A program made the translations under genes and the position numbers. Positions 46,740 to 60,574 of a DNA stretch of 64,000 bases are shown here, piece by piece; within the stretch, counting starts at the first letter, position 1, and each line of letters begins with the position of its first letter. The notes beneath the pieces were generated by a model. The model worked only from the letters and a program-made list of their open reading frames with translations, was not told the origin of the DNA and did not search any database. The stretch lies in the NCBI RefSeq assembly GCF_009914755.1, contig NC_060942.1; one strand, written 5' to 3'. The stretch comes from the human T2T-CHM13v2.0 reference genome, Homo sapiens.

Positions 46740-47065
46740 GTGATGCATATGCTTTTCCTTTTGCCTGGAAGGTCCCTCCTCATTTTGCTTGTATTTGGAA
46801 GTCTTTCTCATTCTTTTGTATTTAACTCAAATACTGTCTTCTCTGTGAGTCCTTCTTCATCCCTAAAAAAAAGCTGGGTGTTTCTCTTGGCACCTTGTGG
46901 GTGTCCCTCACTAAGCTCTGCTCTCGGATCACAATTGCTGTTTGCACCTGTGCCTCCCTTGCTCCTTGCTGAGTTTTGAAGTGGCAGATTTCGTGCTGTT
47001 CACTCTTGCATCCTCAGGGTCTAGCACAGCTCATATTATAAAGTGGCAGCGCATTCAATATCAGT
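46740..47065 (+). mobile_element. LINE-2 3' fragment
   Basis: gttcactcttgcatcctcagggtctagcacag...cattcaata; boundaries approximate. Confidence 0.55.
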
Positions 47066-50000
47066 TGACTTCTTGAGATGGCATTGATTCTCCAGTCCAG
47101 AAAAAAATGTCTCAAGAGCATCAAATTCCCTTTCTTTTGAGGTCTGAGCTCATGAAGTTACTTTTGATAAAGAAGCTTGATTTCCTAGTTTCTTGATAAC
47201 TGGGTGAAGATGTTTTAGAGAAAAGAAACAGGCATGTCCTATAGTAGGGGGTATATTTTCACTGCAAAAGAACAAATCAGCATTCCAGTTTATCCGTCAG
47301 ATTCTTGAGAATATTTTAGCCAGAGTTAGCCCTTCAGAACTGGAATGTTTCTAAGTTAATAGATAAGATTGTATTTTAGAAGCTAAAATAAAAGTTATAG
47401 AACCTGGTCTCTATATGTATTACCAATCTATATATTCATTAGGATTTTTTGTTCCAAAATGGGGTCATCCTATGTATTCTGGTTTATAAATTTCATAACA
47501 ATCAATAAACAAACATTTATAGCATCATTCTTGTTTTGTCAACAGTATTCCATTAAATAAATATGCCTGAATTTATTTGATCAATCTGCTTAATTTTTAA
47601 AGGCTCTTTCTACTTTTTGCTATTAAAACATATATCACCTTTATGCATATATAAGTATATGTATTTATATGTATGTATCTTTGCCCACATATCTATTTCC
47701 TTTAGATACATTTCTTAAAGTGGAATTGTTTGGTCAAAGGATGTAACTATTTTAAAAGACATATATGTATGTATGTTTGCATATTTATTTTGCTACTTTG
47801 GCAGAGAATGTCATGCCTCTCATCTGCAGTGGAGATTTGTTGCTAGGAAGCAGGTGCTCCCAGCTCCCCTCAGTGGGCCTGTGTGCCTGATTCTCTCCCA
47901 GGGACTCAGAGCAGTAAGTATGTCACTTCCCAGACAAGGTTGTTAAAATGTAGGTGTGCCTTTTCAATGGCCTCCCTCTTCTCTGGTCTCTCAGCTGAGT
48001 GTCGAATTATGGGGTAGCACTGGAAGCCACACTCAAGGTAGTGTAGGCTGTCAGTCAGGCTCTACCATCCTCTCTGTCAATGAGAGGATGAGGGACTCCT
48101 ACCACCAGTCAGGATTGTCCACCTCAGCCCCTAGGTAACTGAGAAATAACTTACTGTGTGAAGCTCCTGACATTAGGGGTTCATCTGTTACAGCAGCCAG
48201 TGCTTCTGATCAACTATAACTAGCTTGTCCTCCAAGAGGGTTGCTCCTCCACCAACAGCTTAAGAAGATCCTATCCTTGTTCCCTTCAGTCTCACCAATA
48301 CTTTTGTGGCACTTAAAAATTGGCAGCTTCATAGCTAGTGAGTGGTACATCTCAATGTTGTTTTATCTTATAATTCTTCCGAGTCCTAGTAAATTTCATG
48401 TGTTTATTGACTACTTGTATTTCTTCTTAGCCCAGACACCTATAACTTTAAAAATTCCTGGAAGGCCAAAAAAAAAAAAAAAAAATCTAAGTTTTAAAAG
48501 TTCTTTTACATGCATATTTATGAAGACTTGAAATACTATCTTTAAGCCAAAAAAATCTAGGCTGAATGAACATGAAGTAAGAGAGTAACTTCAATATAGT
48601 TCATTTGGGGCTGCCAACAGTTTCTTATGGGGTTGTGAGCCAATCTGAGGGGGTGTGTATAAATAGAAAAAAAAACCTTAACAGAAGTTGTTCAATTGTT
48701 TTAATGAGTCTTGAATCCACTGGATTAAGTGAAAATTCATCTGATTTAATTGAGTGACTCTAATTGGTAAAGAGAAGGGAATCAAATAGGCTGTGCAGTA
48801 TAGTTATCCAAGGTTCATTTTATTTTTTTCTAATTTACTTCTGATGGTTTACTCTTCTTCCTTGGTGCTCTGTGGGCAGATTCTAAAAATAGCCTAGTAT
48901 TTATGGAAATATACTACAACAGATTTAGGGACTGATCTGTGTATTTGGATTTGTTTTTATGTTGTTAAACCAAGGGTTATTTTGTTCTTTAAGTTAGATT
49001 ATTGAACACAAAAATAGCCTATGATAAATCATCATGTTTGTTGTTAAAAACCTAAGTTTACAAGAGGATGAGGTCACCTGCAGAGGTAATAGGAGGGAAA
49101 GGGGAAAGTCTGGAGGAAGAATCAGACTGGCTTGGAAGAAGCAATGTGTTTCTGCCTGATGGAAGGCACAATTCTCCCATCTGGGCCCTGTGGGTCTAAA
49201 ACCAGGCCCATCTTCTTGGTGGTAACTGGTAAGGCAGCCAGATGGATCTCAAAGAGATGGCTGGATGGTGCATAGTAGACAGCTTGACCTCAGGCGTGGG
49301 GTTTCTAGCCTTCCATTTATCTTCCTACCTCTGGCAGAGCATAGAAGTCACAAGAATTTTCTGGATCTGAGAGAACATGTAAATCTGGGACAGTGGGTAT
49401 CTCAGCAATAATTTATGAAGACAGATGACCTTGACATGACCCTGGAGACAGGGGCATCCTCACCAAGCTGCAGGATGGGGACTGAGCAAGAAATTAAGTT
49501 TGTTTATTGAAACCTGGACTACTGTGCACACCTGAGTCAGTGGACAGAGATTAATGTCCATTCTAACTGCATTTCCTGGGGCCAAACATCTCAGATCGTT
49601 ATGTGCTTAGGAGGAGTCATAGTTTTATTTAATTGCATTTGTTCATTTACTATAATTTGATAATATTTCCTATGAGCACACATTTAAATAATTATTCAAC
49701 TAAAACGATATTTTCCGAGTTAGTCTGGCAAAGGGGCTTTGGAATCAGAAGACTCCAGTTGTGTATGATCCCTCAGCACATGGTTCAGATTTGAATTTCA
49801 TCATGACTCAGCAGAAATTAGAGCAGATTTATTATGTGCATTTAACTCTGGGTAGAGTTATGTGCAGAACATATTTCTTAAAGTCATGGAAAGTAGTACA
49901 AAGTGCCATTGAGCTTCAGTCATAGGACGCTGGATCTCAAATCTTAGAAGACCCTGGAGTTTCTCCCTGAATCTCTGTGTAGGAGTATATGAAATTTCAG

Positions 50001-50398
50001 TCATTGTATTCAGCTTCAAGTTACTATACTTTGAAGAGGAGAAGTAAGAGGGATGTTCCTGGGGATAGGAACTGTGCTGGCTCTGGCTTGGCCAAAGGCT
50101 GGATTCTGGAAAGCCGAATGTCTTATGAGAATGGACCTTCCCACCAAGTCATGTTCTCTATCTAGTTTGATTCAAGACACGAAGCCACATGGGTGATGGC
50201 TGGGCTCTCACGGTGGTTTCTGAGTTGCTGCCTTCCTTCCAGTGTAGCTGATTTTGATAGGTACTTGGGAACTGATTCTACTAATGCAGATCATGAAAAA
50301 CCAATCTCTGGTTTGTTCCCCATTAATAGTCTGCAACATTTTCAGAGTCATGGCTGTTGTCAACATTGTCAGTGGGTGAGAGTGGCTAAAAACCCGGT

Positions 50399-51013
50399 GT
50401 GATTCCAGTTGTTAGGAGTGCAATTTATGGGAGTAATGTGAATATGTTGTATTGAGTTTGTAAGCTCAGATGTCTGCCAAAATGTCTGGAATGCCTAAAC
50501 TTAATTAGACCAACTGCGTTGGGGTGTTCTGAGGCAGGACAACATCACGTGCTAGGGCGCGCCAACTTTCAAGCTAAGGAGAAATAGGTGGATGCCCATA
50601 AAGGGACTACAAAAAGAGAAGCCCTCAGTCAGCCCTACCTGCTCCACTGAGAAACAGACTCACGAGGACAAGATGCTGCCACTCAGAAAGGGACCTGGAG
50701 CCAGGCATGCCGTCTTTTTGACTGGATGCTTCGGCCTCAATGCTCCAACCTTGATGCAGGAGGAACCTATTCCTGGATGCCCCAGGACTTGTATGACCAA
50801 TTCTATGCCTATTCCTGTAAGATTGGCTCGTCGTAGAAGGGTAAAAAATGTTTCCAAGCAGGATAAAAAATAGGAATTGTGGGCAGTGTGAATGGGGATA
50901 AAATACCTATATTTGTTAAGAATTTACATGCCAATAAACTGTGTGACTCGAGCATTCAGTTACTGTGTCTCTCATCCTTTGCAGCTTAATCCACTGCACA
51001 TAATACCAGAGCA
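50399..51013 (+). mobile_element. Possible ancient solo LTR
   Basis: TG...CA ends; AATAAA at ~50933 followed by a U5-like tgtgtctctcatcc tract; family not recognised. Confidence 0.35.
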
Positions 51014-51599
51014 TTCTGACTATGGCTGCATGGAAGCCCACCTTGACTGAGGGTCCTTCTCACCTCTTGGATGTCCTCTATGTGGGCTCTGCTGCTGTAG
51101 CAGCTTCTGCCAGGTCATGGTAATGCCAAGGGGCTTGAAGTCCTGCTTCAGTTCATCTTGGGAGTGTTTCTCTTGGATGAATTGCAGTTCTTTTGCATAG
51201 ACAACCACATAGTGACTGTAGAGGTGTTAACCACCTCCCACACAGGTTCTGCCTGGCTGGGCTAGTTGCAGCACACACCCCAGGCTGCACAGAAGGTCAA
51301 CTTGGTGTAGTTTGCAAGGAGATCAACGTACCTAACATCTATTTTCTGAGTCCTGAAAGACCACTCCTAAGGCAGGTATGGGTCTGTTTGGTAGTTCCCC
51401 TTTGTGCAGGGGAATTCTGTTAATCACCATTGTGAAGGGAGAGGAGAGTTACCTAATAATGTCTCGATCCTCTCTTTGCATGCGTCTGCTGTGAAATTAA
51501 AGATTTTAAACTGACCTGGGGAACTGGGTTGATTTGGAGCAGCCCTGAGCTCTACTCTGTTCCATGAACCACGTATTTTTTCTTTTTTTTTTTTTTAAA

Positions 51600-51828
51600 G
51601 CTTGAGTCCAGGAGTTTGAGACTAGTATGGGTAACACAGTTGAAACCCCATCACAACAAAAAAATTAGCTGGGCATGGTGGCATGTGCCTGTAGTCTCAG
51701 CTACTCAGGATGCTGAGGTGGGAGGATTGCTTGAGCCTGGAAGGTTGAGGCTACAGTGAGCCATGTTTATGCCACTGCACTCCAGCATGGGTGGCAGAGC
51801 AAGGTCTTGTTTAAAAAAAAAAAAAAAA
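51600..51828 (+). mobile_element. 5'-truncated AluJ preceded by a poly(T) tract
   Basis: cttgagtccaggagtttgagac...aggattgcttgagcctgg...A-tail. Confidence 0.9.
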
Positions 51829-53154
51829 TCAGTCTTGTATTTGACCCTAAACCAGAATTTTAATATTGGGTCTTTACAGGGACCTCTGTGTTTTCTACAT
51901 TCTTTTTTCTTCAAACTACTGATTAAAACAGGTATTTATTCTTAATTTTTAAAAATATGTCTCAGCAGATAATACCACAAAGCCGATGATCCGATAATAC
52001 TTCAGACCCTAATTCTTTGAGTGGGTTTTGGAGGAAGCTGGTTAGTGAGAGTGAAGCCCCTATTTCTGTTATAACAGATGTGGTGAGATGCCTGGGTAGG
52101 CAGCAATCGCTGTCCTAATAGGAACAGGGAGTGGTAGGTGTGGGAGAGGAGGAGCTGAGTCAGGAGAGGCTGAATTAAAATTGCAACCTCAATGGCTTGT
52201 TGCAGTGAATAATTTTTTCTTGATCCTACATGGTATTTTTCAGGTCCTGATGCTCTACTGAGCAACTCCCTTCCAAGCAGTGATCTAGGAATCCCATCTT
52301 CTTTTTAACATCTTTGTTATCTTGGCATGTGGATTCCAGTCCACAGTGCCAGGGGAAGGAAGAGCTGGAGGCTTGTGCCTGAGTTTTTTACCACTTTGCC
52401 TAGAAGTTACAATGGTACCTCAAGTTAGAGTTCATTGGCCAGGATTAGTCATCTGACCCTGCCTAACCACAAAGAGGCTGGGAGGAGTAGTCTCATTCTA
52501 GGAATGAGAGTGGACCCTGATATTTGTGATCAATAGTAGTGCTTACCCAGTGGAAGATATACCATAAGATGAAGCCTCCTGCTGTGAGGTGGAGCAGCTG
52601 CGGGGGCATCTGCCTACAGTCTCCTTCCCACCAGGGACCATGCTGCTGGTTTGGCATCTCCAGCAGGGGATGTCCACCTTGCATGTATGACCAGCTACAT
52701 CTCTCCCTGAGAGCTTCTGCCATGGAGCAGTGAGAAGCAGAGGGAAGCAGTTGGTGTCACTCTTTGTCTCCTGCACTCAGGAAAGTTTTTCTTATTTCTA
52801 AGATTCCTTAAAAGTTCTCGTTTTGCTTAGACCATTTGGATAGGTAAGTAGGATTCTGAAAAGCTGCTGCTGATTCCTCCGGCTCATTTAGGAGCCATCT
52901 GGAAGAGGCCTTAGGGCCAAGGCGGATGTGTTGTTTCCCCAGCCTCTGAGAGCCGTCCCTAGGGAGCAAATACACATACACTCAGGCTATAAATCACTTC
53001 TCTCGTTGGTGCTAAATTAACTTTTAAGCCTTCTAAACTCCTGAACCAGCTGATAGCAGGAACCTGGTAGCAGGATGCTGAGCCCTGTGCTCAGCATTGA
53101 TTAAATATAAATTGCGTTTGTTGCAAGATTTAATGCATGCATGAATAGAGGCCA

Positions 53155-53322
53155 CAGTGGTTCCTAAATGTTGGCCTGTGACTGGCTGAATCAGAATCAC
53201 CCAGAATACCAGGTAAAAGATTTTCAGGCTCCATCTCAGACCCACTGAATTAGAATTGCCTGGACTGAGGCACAAGAATCTGTGCTTGAATTAAGCTCAT
53301 CACTTACATGTACAGTGAGGTT
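53155..53322. mobile_element. MER5A-like hAT DNA transposon relic
   Basis: cagtggttcctaaa...atcagaatcacc...caggctccatctcagacccactgaattagaat. Confidence 0.7.
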
Positions 53323-53728
53323 TGCAATGGACTCACTGCAGATGTGGAAAGGGCACTGAAAGGTTGAGGCTCTGTTAGCTGGGTTTCAGTCTTCACTCTG
53401 ATGCTGTGTGATCCTCAACAAGTCACTGAACCTTTCTGGTCTCAGTTTTGTCATATGCATCATGATGTGATTGAACCTATTTCATTAAATGAAATAGTAC
53501 TCAGAGCCCCAATATATAAGCAGATAACATATATAAGCCCCAGTATATAAGCAGAAGGCAGTTCTGGTGGAAGGAATGGTCAAGTTAAACTTTTATTCTG
53601 AAAATGGTCCTTCAGGGCTGCCAAGAATCCTAGGAATTTCTGTAATGTAGTCTGAAACACTTCTGGCAGAGTGGTCATTAAGGTTCCTTTTAGTGTTGGA
53701 AGCCTTTGAGGCCATGGGGGTGGGGCAT

Positions 53729-53915
53729 ATCTCTCTGTCTCTGTTCCTGTCTCTCTCTCTCTGCCTGTGCCTTTCTCTTATTATCCCTTGTCTCTGTGTG
53801 TCTCTCTTTCTCTCTTCTTGTCTCCTTTTCTTTCTGCTTCTGTCTCTACCTCTTTCTGTATCTGTTTCTCTGTTTCTGTCTTCTTTTCTCTTTCTTTGCT
53901 TCTGTATCTCTCTCC
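53729..53915. repeat. CT-rich low-complexity tract
   Basis: Degenerate (TC)n/(TCTG)n, ~190 bp. Confidence 0.9.
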
Positions 53916-56900
53916 TAGAAGAGATGAAAGCTCAGGACATACATTTCTTTCCAAGTTCTCAGGTGATACATGGCAGAGATTTGAGAGGAGAATATCTGAA
54001 ACCCATTTGAAGGAGCAAAGTTGTTCTTGTCTGTAGATTTTTAAAAAAATTTTTAATGGAATTTGCAGGTCCAGGCCATGATTTTCTGAAGCTGAATTTA
54101 TCAACTTACAGGTTTTCACATTTCTTAATAGATTTGACCAAAGTCCTGGTAGGTAAAGCAGGCATTTGCTTAATAAAAATGTATGATGTGGTGTAGGCTG
54201 TGTAAGCAGACTTTTGTTTTATTATTGCATTTAACCACTCCAACGCCCACTGAATTCCTGATTATTTCTGTTGTGGGGATGCCAGGTATTTATTATATTA
54301 GAAGGATATGAGATTAGGCACGACAGAACTCCTTTAGGAGTAAGAGGCTTAATTAGGTTCCAGAATTGTCCTGGTTTAGCACAAGACTGGATCCTACAAG
54401 ATCTGAATTTAGCACATTTAACAGTTTAATTTTAAAAATAAAGTCACTATTTCCAACATCAACAATAATGACAACTACCATGTGACTTCTAGCTTTCTTA
54501 ATATTTTCACTCCTAGATACTTTAGGACACAGTTCCTAAGAACAAGGACATTCTGACAGTATAACCACATATCATTCTAACACATAACTGTAATAAAATT
54601 TAGTGAGGTTAATTGACATTAAGATAATACTATTTTCAATTATTAGTCCAGATTCAAATTTTACCAACTGCTATTCATTTGTTCATAACAATACCAATAT
54701 GAATTTTCACATTCATTTTTGAACTTGAATGTGCTAGCCCTATAGTTGTAGTAAGAAATAAGTGCCATGAGATAATTAATCTATATATTCATCCATCATT
54801 CCATATTATTAAATAATAATACTTAGGGATACAGGGAAGAAATTTCTAGGAGTGTAGATAAAACATTATTTACCCTGAAGATAGTCCAGAGGTATGCATG
54901 GAAGTTAGGCAGAAAATCACAAATAGAACATGTTATGATAGAGAAAACCACAGACTAATATAAAAAAAGGTCTGATCTCATTAATAGAAATGAGATCAGA
55001 AGGAGATGGTTTGTGGATGCTAAATTGGAGCCTGTCTTTGTAGTATACAAAACAGGTGGAGACTTCCTGTGGGCATGTAGATTTGTAGTTTTGGAGAGAG
55101 ATTAAGACTAAAACCATAGTTTGGAAAGTATCATAGAGAGGAGAAAGTAGAAATCTTGAAGGGGTTACATTTTTAAAGGGGTAAACATAAAAAAGTAAGG
55201 ATAGAAAATTAAAAAGAAGACAAGATCCAGAAAGCCCGCACACAGAGTCTCATATAGGAACTACTGTCTCATCTAATATTTTTTTATCAGGTTATTTGTT
55301 TATTAGAGGACTGGGTAATTGCAATTCATATTTTGCTATGCCTGAAAACTTTCTATAATCCATCTTCTGCTTTGGACTAGAGGGTCTGAAGAAAACAGTC
55401 CATGCACAAGTTTAAACAGAAAGTTAAAAATTCATAGTGGCCTTTTTCTGTTGAAATTACTATATGAATCACTATTATTTGGGAGGTTTTTTTTTTGCCT
55501 AAAATAGGTAACATCCTGTAGATGGGCTCTCACTATTCTATTAATTGAACTGCTGGCATGTTTATGTTTTGAGACGTATTCTAGCACTATTAGATTTGCC
55601 AGATGAAAAATACAAAGACCAGTTCAACCTAGGGGATAATCAATTTTTCATGCTCATTATCATTTAGATGAGTCTCTTATAAGGGAATGGTTTCAGCATG
55701 ACGCATTTTAATGCTGAGTAACACCTCATTCCTCTAGGTAGTGAAGAGGGAGCCTTATATATGCTCTCAGCGAAAATGTTAAGATCTTAAATTACAGAAT
55801 AAAGAGGAAATCAAAAGGAAATTTGTGAAAACAAAATGAGAGCCAGAGAAATGGTAAAATTTATTGCCAGAAAACTTTTCAGTTTGATCAGTTTTTATAG
55901 TTCCTTAACCTTCATCGTTCTTTGTATGCCTCCTGCCTGTCCTGAAGGGAAAAAGAAAAGCATTCAAAGCTTAAGCACTTTATTAAACCTTTTATAGCTT
56001 GACACCATTTGGAACCATTTCAGTATTTCATATTGAAGACAAAGACATGTCTTTCTGAAAAATTAAAATGAAAACAGACCCAATTACAGTGGCTTCAGCA
56101 GTCTTGGCTGAGGGCTGAACGTCTGACAGCTGCACGACACAGGGCTTTATCCATGTAACCAGCGAGTGGCCTTAGAGACCTGATTATTGGAAGGGTAGAG
56201 GGTCCTGTGATTCTAGCGCTTTGATTAATCAATTTACTAACACTTACTAGATCTTACACTTACAGTGGGAATATTCCAAGTAATCTCCCCTTTTCTCATT
56301 CTGAAATATTTAAGAAAGGTGTTAATACTGCGTGGGCTGTCTCTTAAGGGGTATGATTTAAAAGCTACTTCATAGGTGTGCTTAATTCTTATCTTTTCAA
56401 ATGGATTTTGGCCTTTGGCTCTGGCTACCCAGACTACAAGCTTAAACTCATATAGCCTCTTCTATAGTGAGCTCATACTGTCCCTTCTCATGGGGGATTA
56501 CCCAGAGAGGTGTGTGTACATGTGGCTTGCAACACATGCAATCCCATCAGACATATGTGCCCATATAAGGGAATATGGAACAGAAGAAATGACTTTTTAG
56601 GAATGTGAGGACTGGAATGGGAGAACAAAGAAATACTGCTGCCTTCCTCCAATATCTGTTAGGCTTTTCTTTTTTTTTCTTAAAGTATGGAAAGTTTATT
56701 CTTTTCACCATAAAAGCCTCTGGCAGTGATAAGCATGATTTCCAAGATTGTACGTAGCACCAGAAGAGCTCCAACTAACGTGCTCAGCTTCGATTTCAGC
56801 ATTGCTCATTAGAGCAACAATGCAAACCAGCTGTCCCCTGGTGTTTGGCGAAGAAAGATCCAATTAACTGGCCGTCATCCACCTGGTTCCAGATTTAGCC

Positions 56901-58790
56901 CTCTCCTTATGAGTCTGTAAGAGCAGCCAGTTTGCATGAATTTTTGTCATTAAATTCAAGCCAGGGGGTGAGGAGCCATGGGGGGTGGGGATGGATATTC
57001 TCTGGACTGCTGTGGAGGGTTAAAATAAAGTGTAAGGCCCTCTAGAGTTTGGACATCTGGAAAGGCGGCAATGAATTAATTTATCAAGGTTTTGACCTTA
57101 ACACTGTTCCTTATATTGCATACGTCAATGTGAAGTCTGGCAGTACACAATGTCTCTGTGAATGTGAACATAGAACCATTTTGGGACGTAATAACCTTTG
57201 CTTGGATTTTTCTCTTTAGTAATAGTGAGGTTTAAAATGTGAACCACCCATCTATATTGTGAATTAACCAAGTACCTATGCTGGAATATCCAGATTTCAC
57301 TGGAACTCCTCACTAAAGCTTTCCTTTGTGTATTTGTCAAAAATATCCTGATTAACTCAGAAATAAAAGCAATGACTGGAGCCCTTAAGTCATCATTATT
57401 TTATCTTTTAGAGTAAAGCACCTAATTGCTGTCTGACCATTCAGGCCGTGGACTAAAGCAGCTAATGATATGGCTCCTGGAAACAGTACAGGCCTATGTC
57501 TTTCTAGAGTAATATCACATTCTCAATAGAGCCATCAATAAAACAATCATTTCTCAGCACTGAAGACTGAAAAACCTGTTGTATTACACTTTCCAATCTC
57601 TTCAAAATCACATTTAAAAAATCCATTTTGTTGCAAGATGACCAATCTCATCTGATTTATAAGCTGTGGCCTCAGAGGAAATATGGAATACTTGGAGTTG
57701 GAGCCAAGGAACAAATGTGCCTGGTTGGAAGCAGACACTTCCTGAATTTCGAGCAGCTCCCGGGACGTGCTTTAGAATGTGTCAGTTTACAATCTTCAAG
57801 TCATGTGGCAAATCATCATTTATTTGGCAGCCCAAGTACAAGGTATAGGCCTTGTATCTTCCATTAAAGGCTTATATTTTAGGTTTACTACACCTGCCCT
57901 TTCTCTCTGGTCAAGAAAGCATGTAAGTGGATGATTATTTTCTTAAAATCTCCTTCCTTACCACTTCTAATTTAAAAAAAATTTGTGAATTTTGACTTTT
58001 CAAGCCGTCAAATGATCTTAAAATGGTCTGATTTTAGGTAGGTTTTTAGCTTCCATCTCTTTCCTCACTCTTAATAAAATTGCAGGGTATTTTAGAACAA
58101 AATCAAGATCCCCCGATGTAAAAGTTGTCACAGCCTCACAGCGCACCAGGGAGAGGGTTCTTCCTGAAGCATACTGAGTGGAGACATCACTGGAGGATTG
58201 CAGAATTTGATCCCTGTGTTTTTCTAAAGTTAGAAGTTTACATCCTTCCCCTAACCAAAAACAAATAAAGAACTTGTTGATCTTGGATTCCTATGACCTT
58301 AAAAAATTGAATAAAGAAAATAAAGCTCCCCAAACTACAATCAGAGTCTTAATGTTAAAAAATTATTCTTCTAGGAGAAGTTATTTATTAGCCATTGTGA
58401 ATTAATGGGCTAACATTTGGTTTGAGTAGGTCTGATCAGTATCTTAAATACTTTTTGGTAATTCTCAAATATTCTTTTCCTGCCCTATTCTTACCACTCA
58501 AACCTCCTGATCTTGAAGATATTCTCATCATGTTAATCAGTGACTTCAGCATCTGTCTGAAAGTTGTCCTGTTTCACGCCTCAGTCCTCTTCAGTGGCCC
58601 TGTTTTCTACATAGCCAACCCTTCTAAAACCATGGCTTCATATTTTCTTGATGTTCTTATCTCTCGTCACCTTCATATCCACTTTAAGCTTTTCAAAACA
58701 AAAACTATTCTGAAGCTTGGGCCTTGAAGTCTGAAATTTTCTTTTATTGTAATCATTTCCCTACTATTTTAACTACCTCTGCTTATTCTT

Positions 58791-58924
58791 TGATTTTTTT
58801 TTTCTTTAATAGAGACAGTCTTATTCTGTTGGCCAGGGTGGTCTTGAACTCCTGACCTCAAGCAATCCTCTGCCTTAGCCTCCGAAAGTGCTGGAATTAC
58901 AGGTGTGAGCCACTGTGACTGGCC
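58791..58924 (-). mobile_element. FLAM_C / Alu left monomer
   Basis: Reverse monomer; TSD TGC(T/A)TATTCTT at 58780-58790 and 58925-58935. Confidence 0.88.
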
Positions 58925-59199
58925 TGCATATTCTTATTGATGGAATCATTTCTGCTCATTGTGACGGTTGATGTTTTGTCTGCCGCTCATTACCTGATCT
59001 TTTAGACTTAATTTGTTTCCCTATCAGCCCTGATGCTATGTTTAGCCTTAACAAGGATGTCCTCACCAATATCCCAAAATTCCTCAGTTCACGTCACCAA
59101 CCTCATTTTTGTCTTTGTTTTGGATTGCTCCTTAACAAAAATTGCTAGAGAAAGTCAGCATGTTAACTATGAGTAAACTCACACATATTTTTGGCAGGA

Positions 59200-59670
59200 C
59201 AGACCACAATATTCCTAGTAAGGTCTGCAGGATGCTTTGTGAGCTACTTGGTCTGGTGTTCCTAAGTTCTCCTCTTAGACTTCTGTTCTGGCCACATTGG
59301 CCTTCTTTTCATTCCTCAAACATTTCTCTCTTCCCCTGGGTTAAGGGCCTTTGCTTAGAACAGTCTTTTCCTTTATCTTCCCCTAGTTAACTCTTAATCA
59401 GTCATTAACTGTCAGCTTAAATATCACTTCCTTAGGGAGACTGGTAGTTGAGATTAAGCCCCCACTTCCATCTCGCCCCTCTAGTATATCCTAGACCATA
59501 TACCTCTATCACAGTCACAATTTTACATTTATTTTTGTGATTATAGATTTGATGTCACTTGGATGAACACATGGACTATGACTGTTTCTGCTTTTTCTTG
59601 TGCCCTCAATGACTGTACTGTATCCAATAAATGCCTTATGTGGAGTAAGCATAGGAAATACTTTAGAAGT
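59200..59670 (+). mobile_element. LINE-2 3' fragment
   Basis: ggccacattggccttc...agggcctttgc...tcagcttaaatatcacttccttagggag; boundaries approximate. Confidence 0.6.
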
Positions 59671-60574
59671 GGCACTTTTATAAGTGGTAACTCCTGAAGC
59701 AAGTGGTATTTAGACATCTTCAAATATTAGAAATGTTTTCTTTATATTGAAGTAAAGTCTGTTTTCCTAATTCTGTTCCTTGGGGTCATTCAGATAAGTG
59801 GATTTCTGACATGTTGTCAAATACTTTAACAGAGTAGAAATACCATTGCTTTGGTGTAAAATCTAGTTGTAGCTACCGTATTTGGGAGGGCTTACTCAGT
59901 GCCTAGAGCTCTGCTCATCTGTAAAGTGGAAATAATCATAATTGCTTTACCCAGTTCAGTTTAAAAAGCATGTGTTGAGCACCTATTGTGTTCCATTTAG
60001 TGCATTAATGCCTGGGATAAAAGATGAGTAACACATATGCTATACTTAAGGAGTTTACTGCTTATTGGAGAAGTCCAAGAAAATATCCCAGGCAGCCTCT
60101 TACTGAGAAATTGACTTGATTTTCCCCATTCTCACAGTAATAAACACTCAGAAATGTGTTAGGATTCAGATTCTTTCCAGCTACTAGTCCAAAGTGAGCA
60201 GAGAGGCTCTGGAAGCCAGAGCTTCCAGAATAGCTGTGAGCCAGAAATGTGTCAAGAATCTCTGACGATGGGGTATATGGATGAACTTCTTGGAACAATC
60301 TCAAGTTGTATCATTGGCCGCTGGGGAGTTCGCTGGGGACTCCTGACCATGGAAACCTGCCTGCTTCACCCTCCCCAACCTAGGGCTGCGCCATTTCTCC
60401 TATTCTGTATAGCCATCTGTGTGCTGATACTTTTCCCCTTTTACATAAATAGACTAAATTTTATCTTTTGCCTGTATCTGATAGTGTCTTTCCATCATTC
60501 CCTTCATCCTTGTATCAACCACATGAGGAGATGCACATGTGTGTTGATCATTTTTATGAGGTAAGTGATAGGAG

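Noticed and set aside
48464-48561. Two GCC(A)nTCTA motifs suggesting a TSD-flanked insertion
   Set aside because: Similarity is mostly A-run; no identifiable element between them.
53693-54119. Leu/Ser/Phe-rich membrane-like ORFs
   Set aside because: Translation of a CT-rich low-complexity tract.
60208-60229. 9-bp-stem hairpin TCTGGAAGC-CAGA-GCTTCCAGA
   Set aside because: Short enough to occur by chance in 64 kb; no RNA-gene context.
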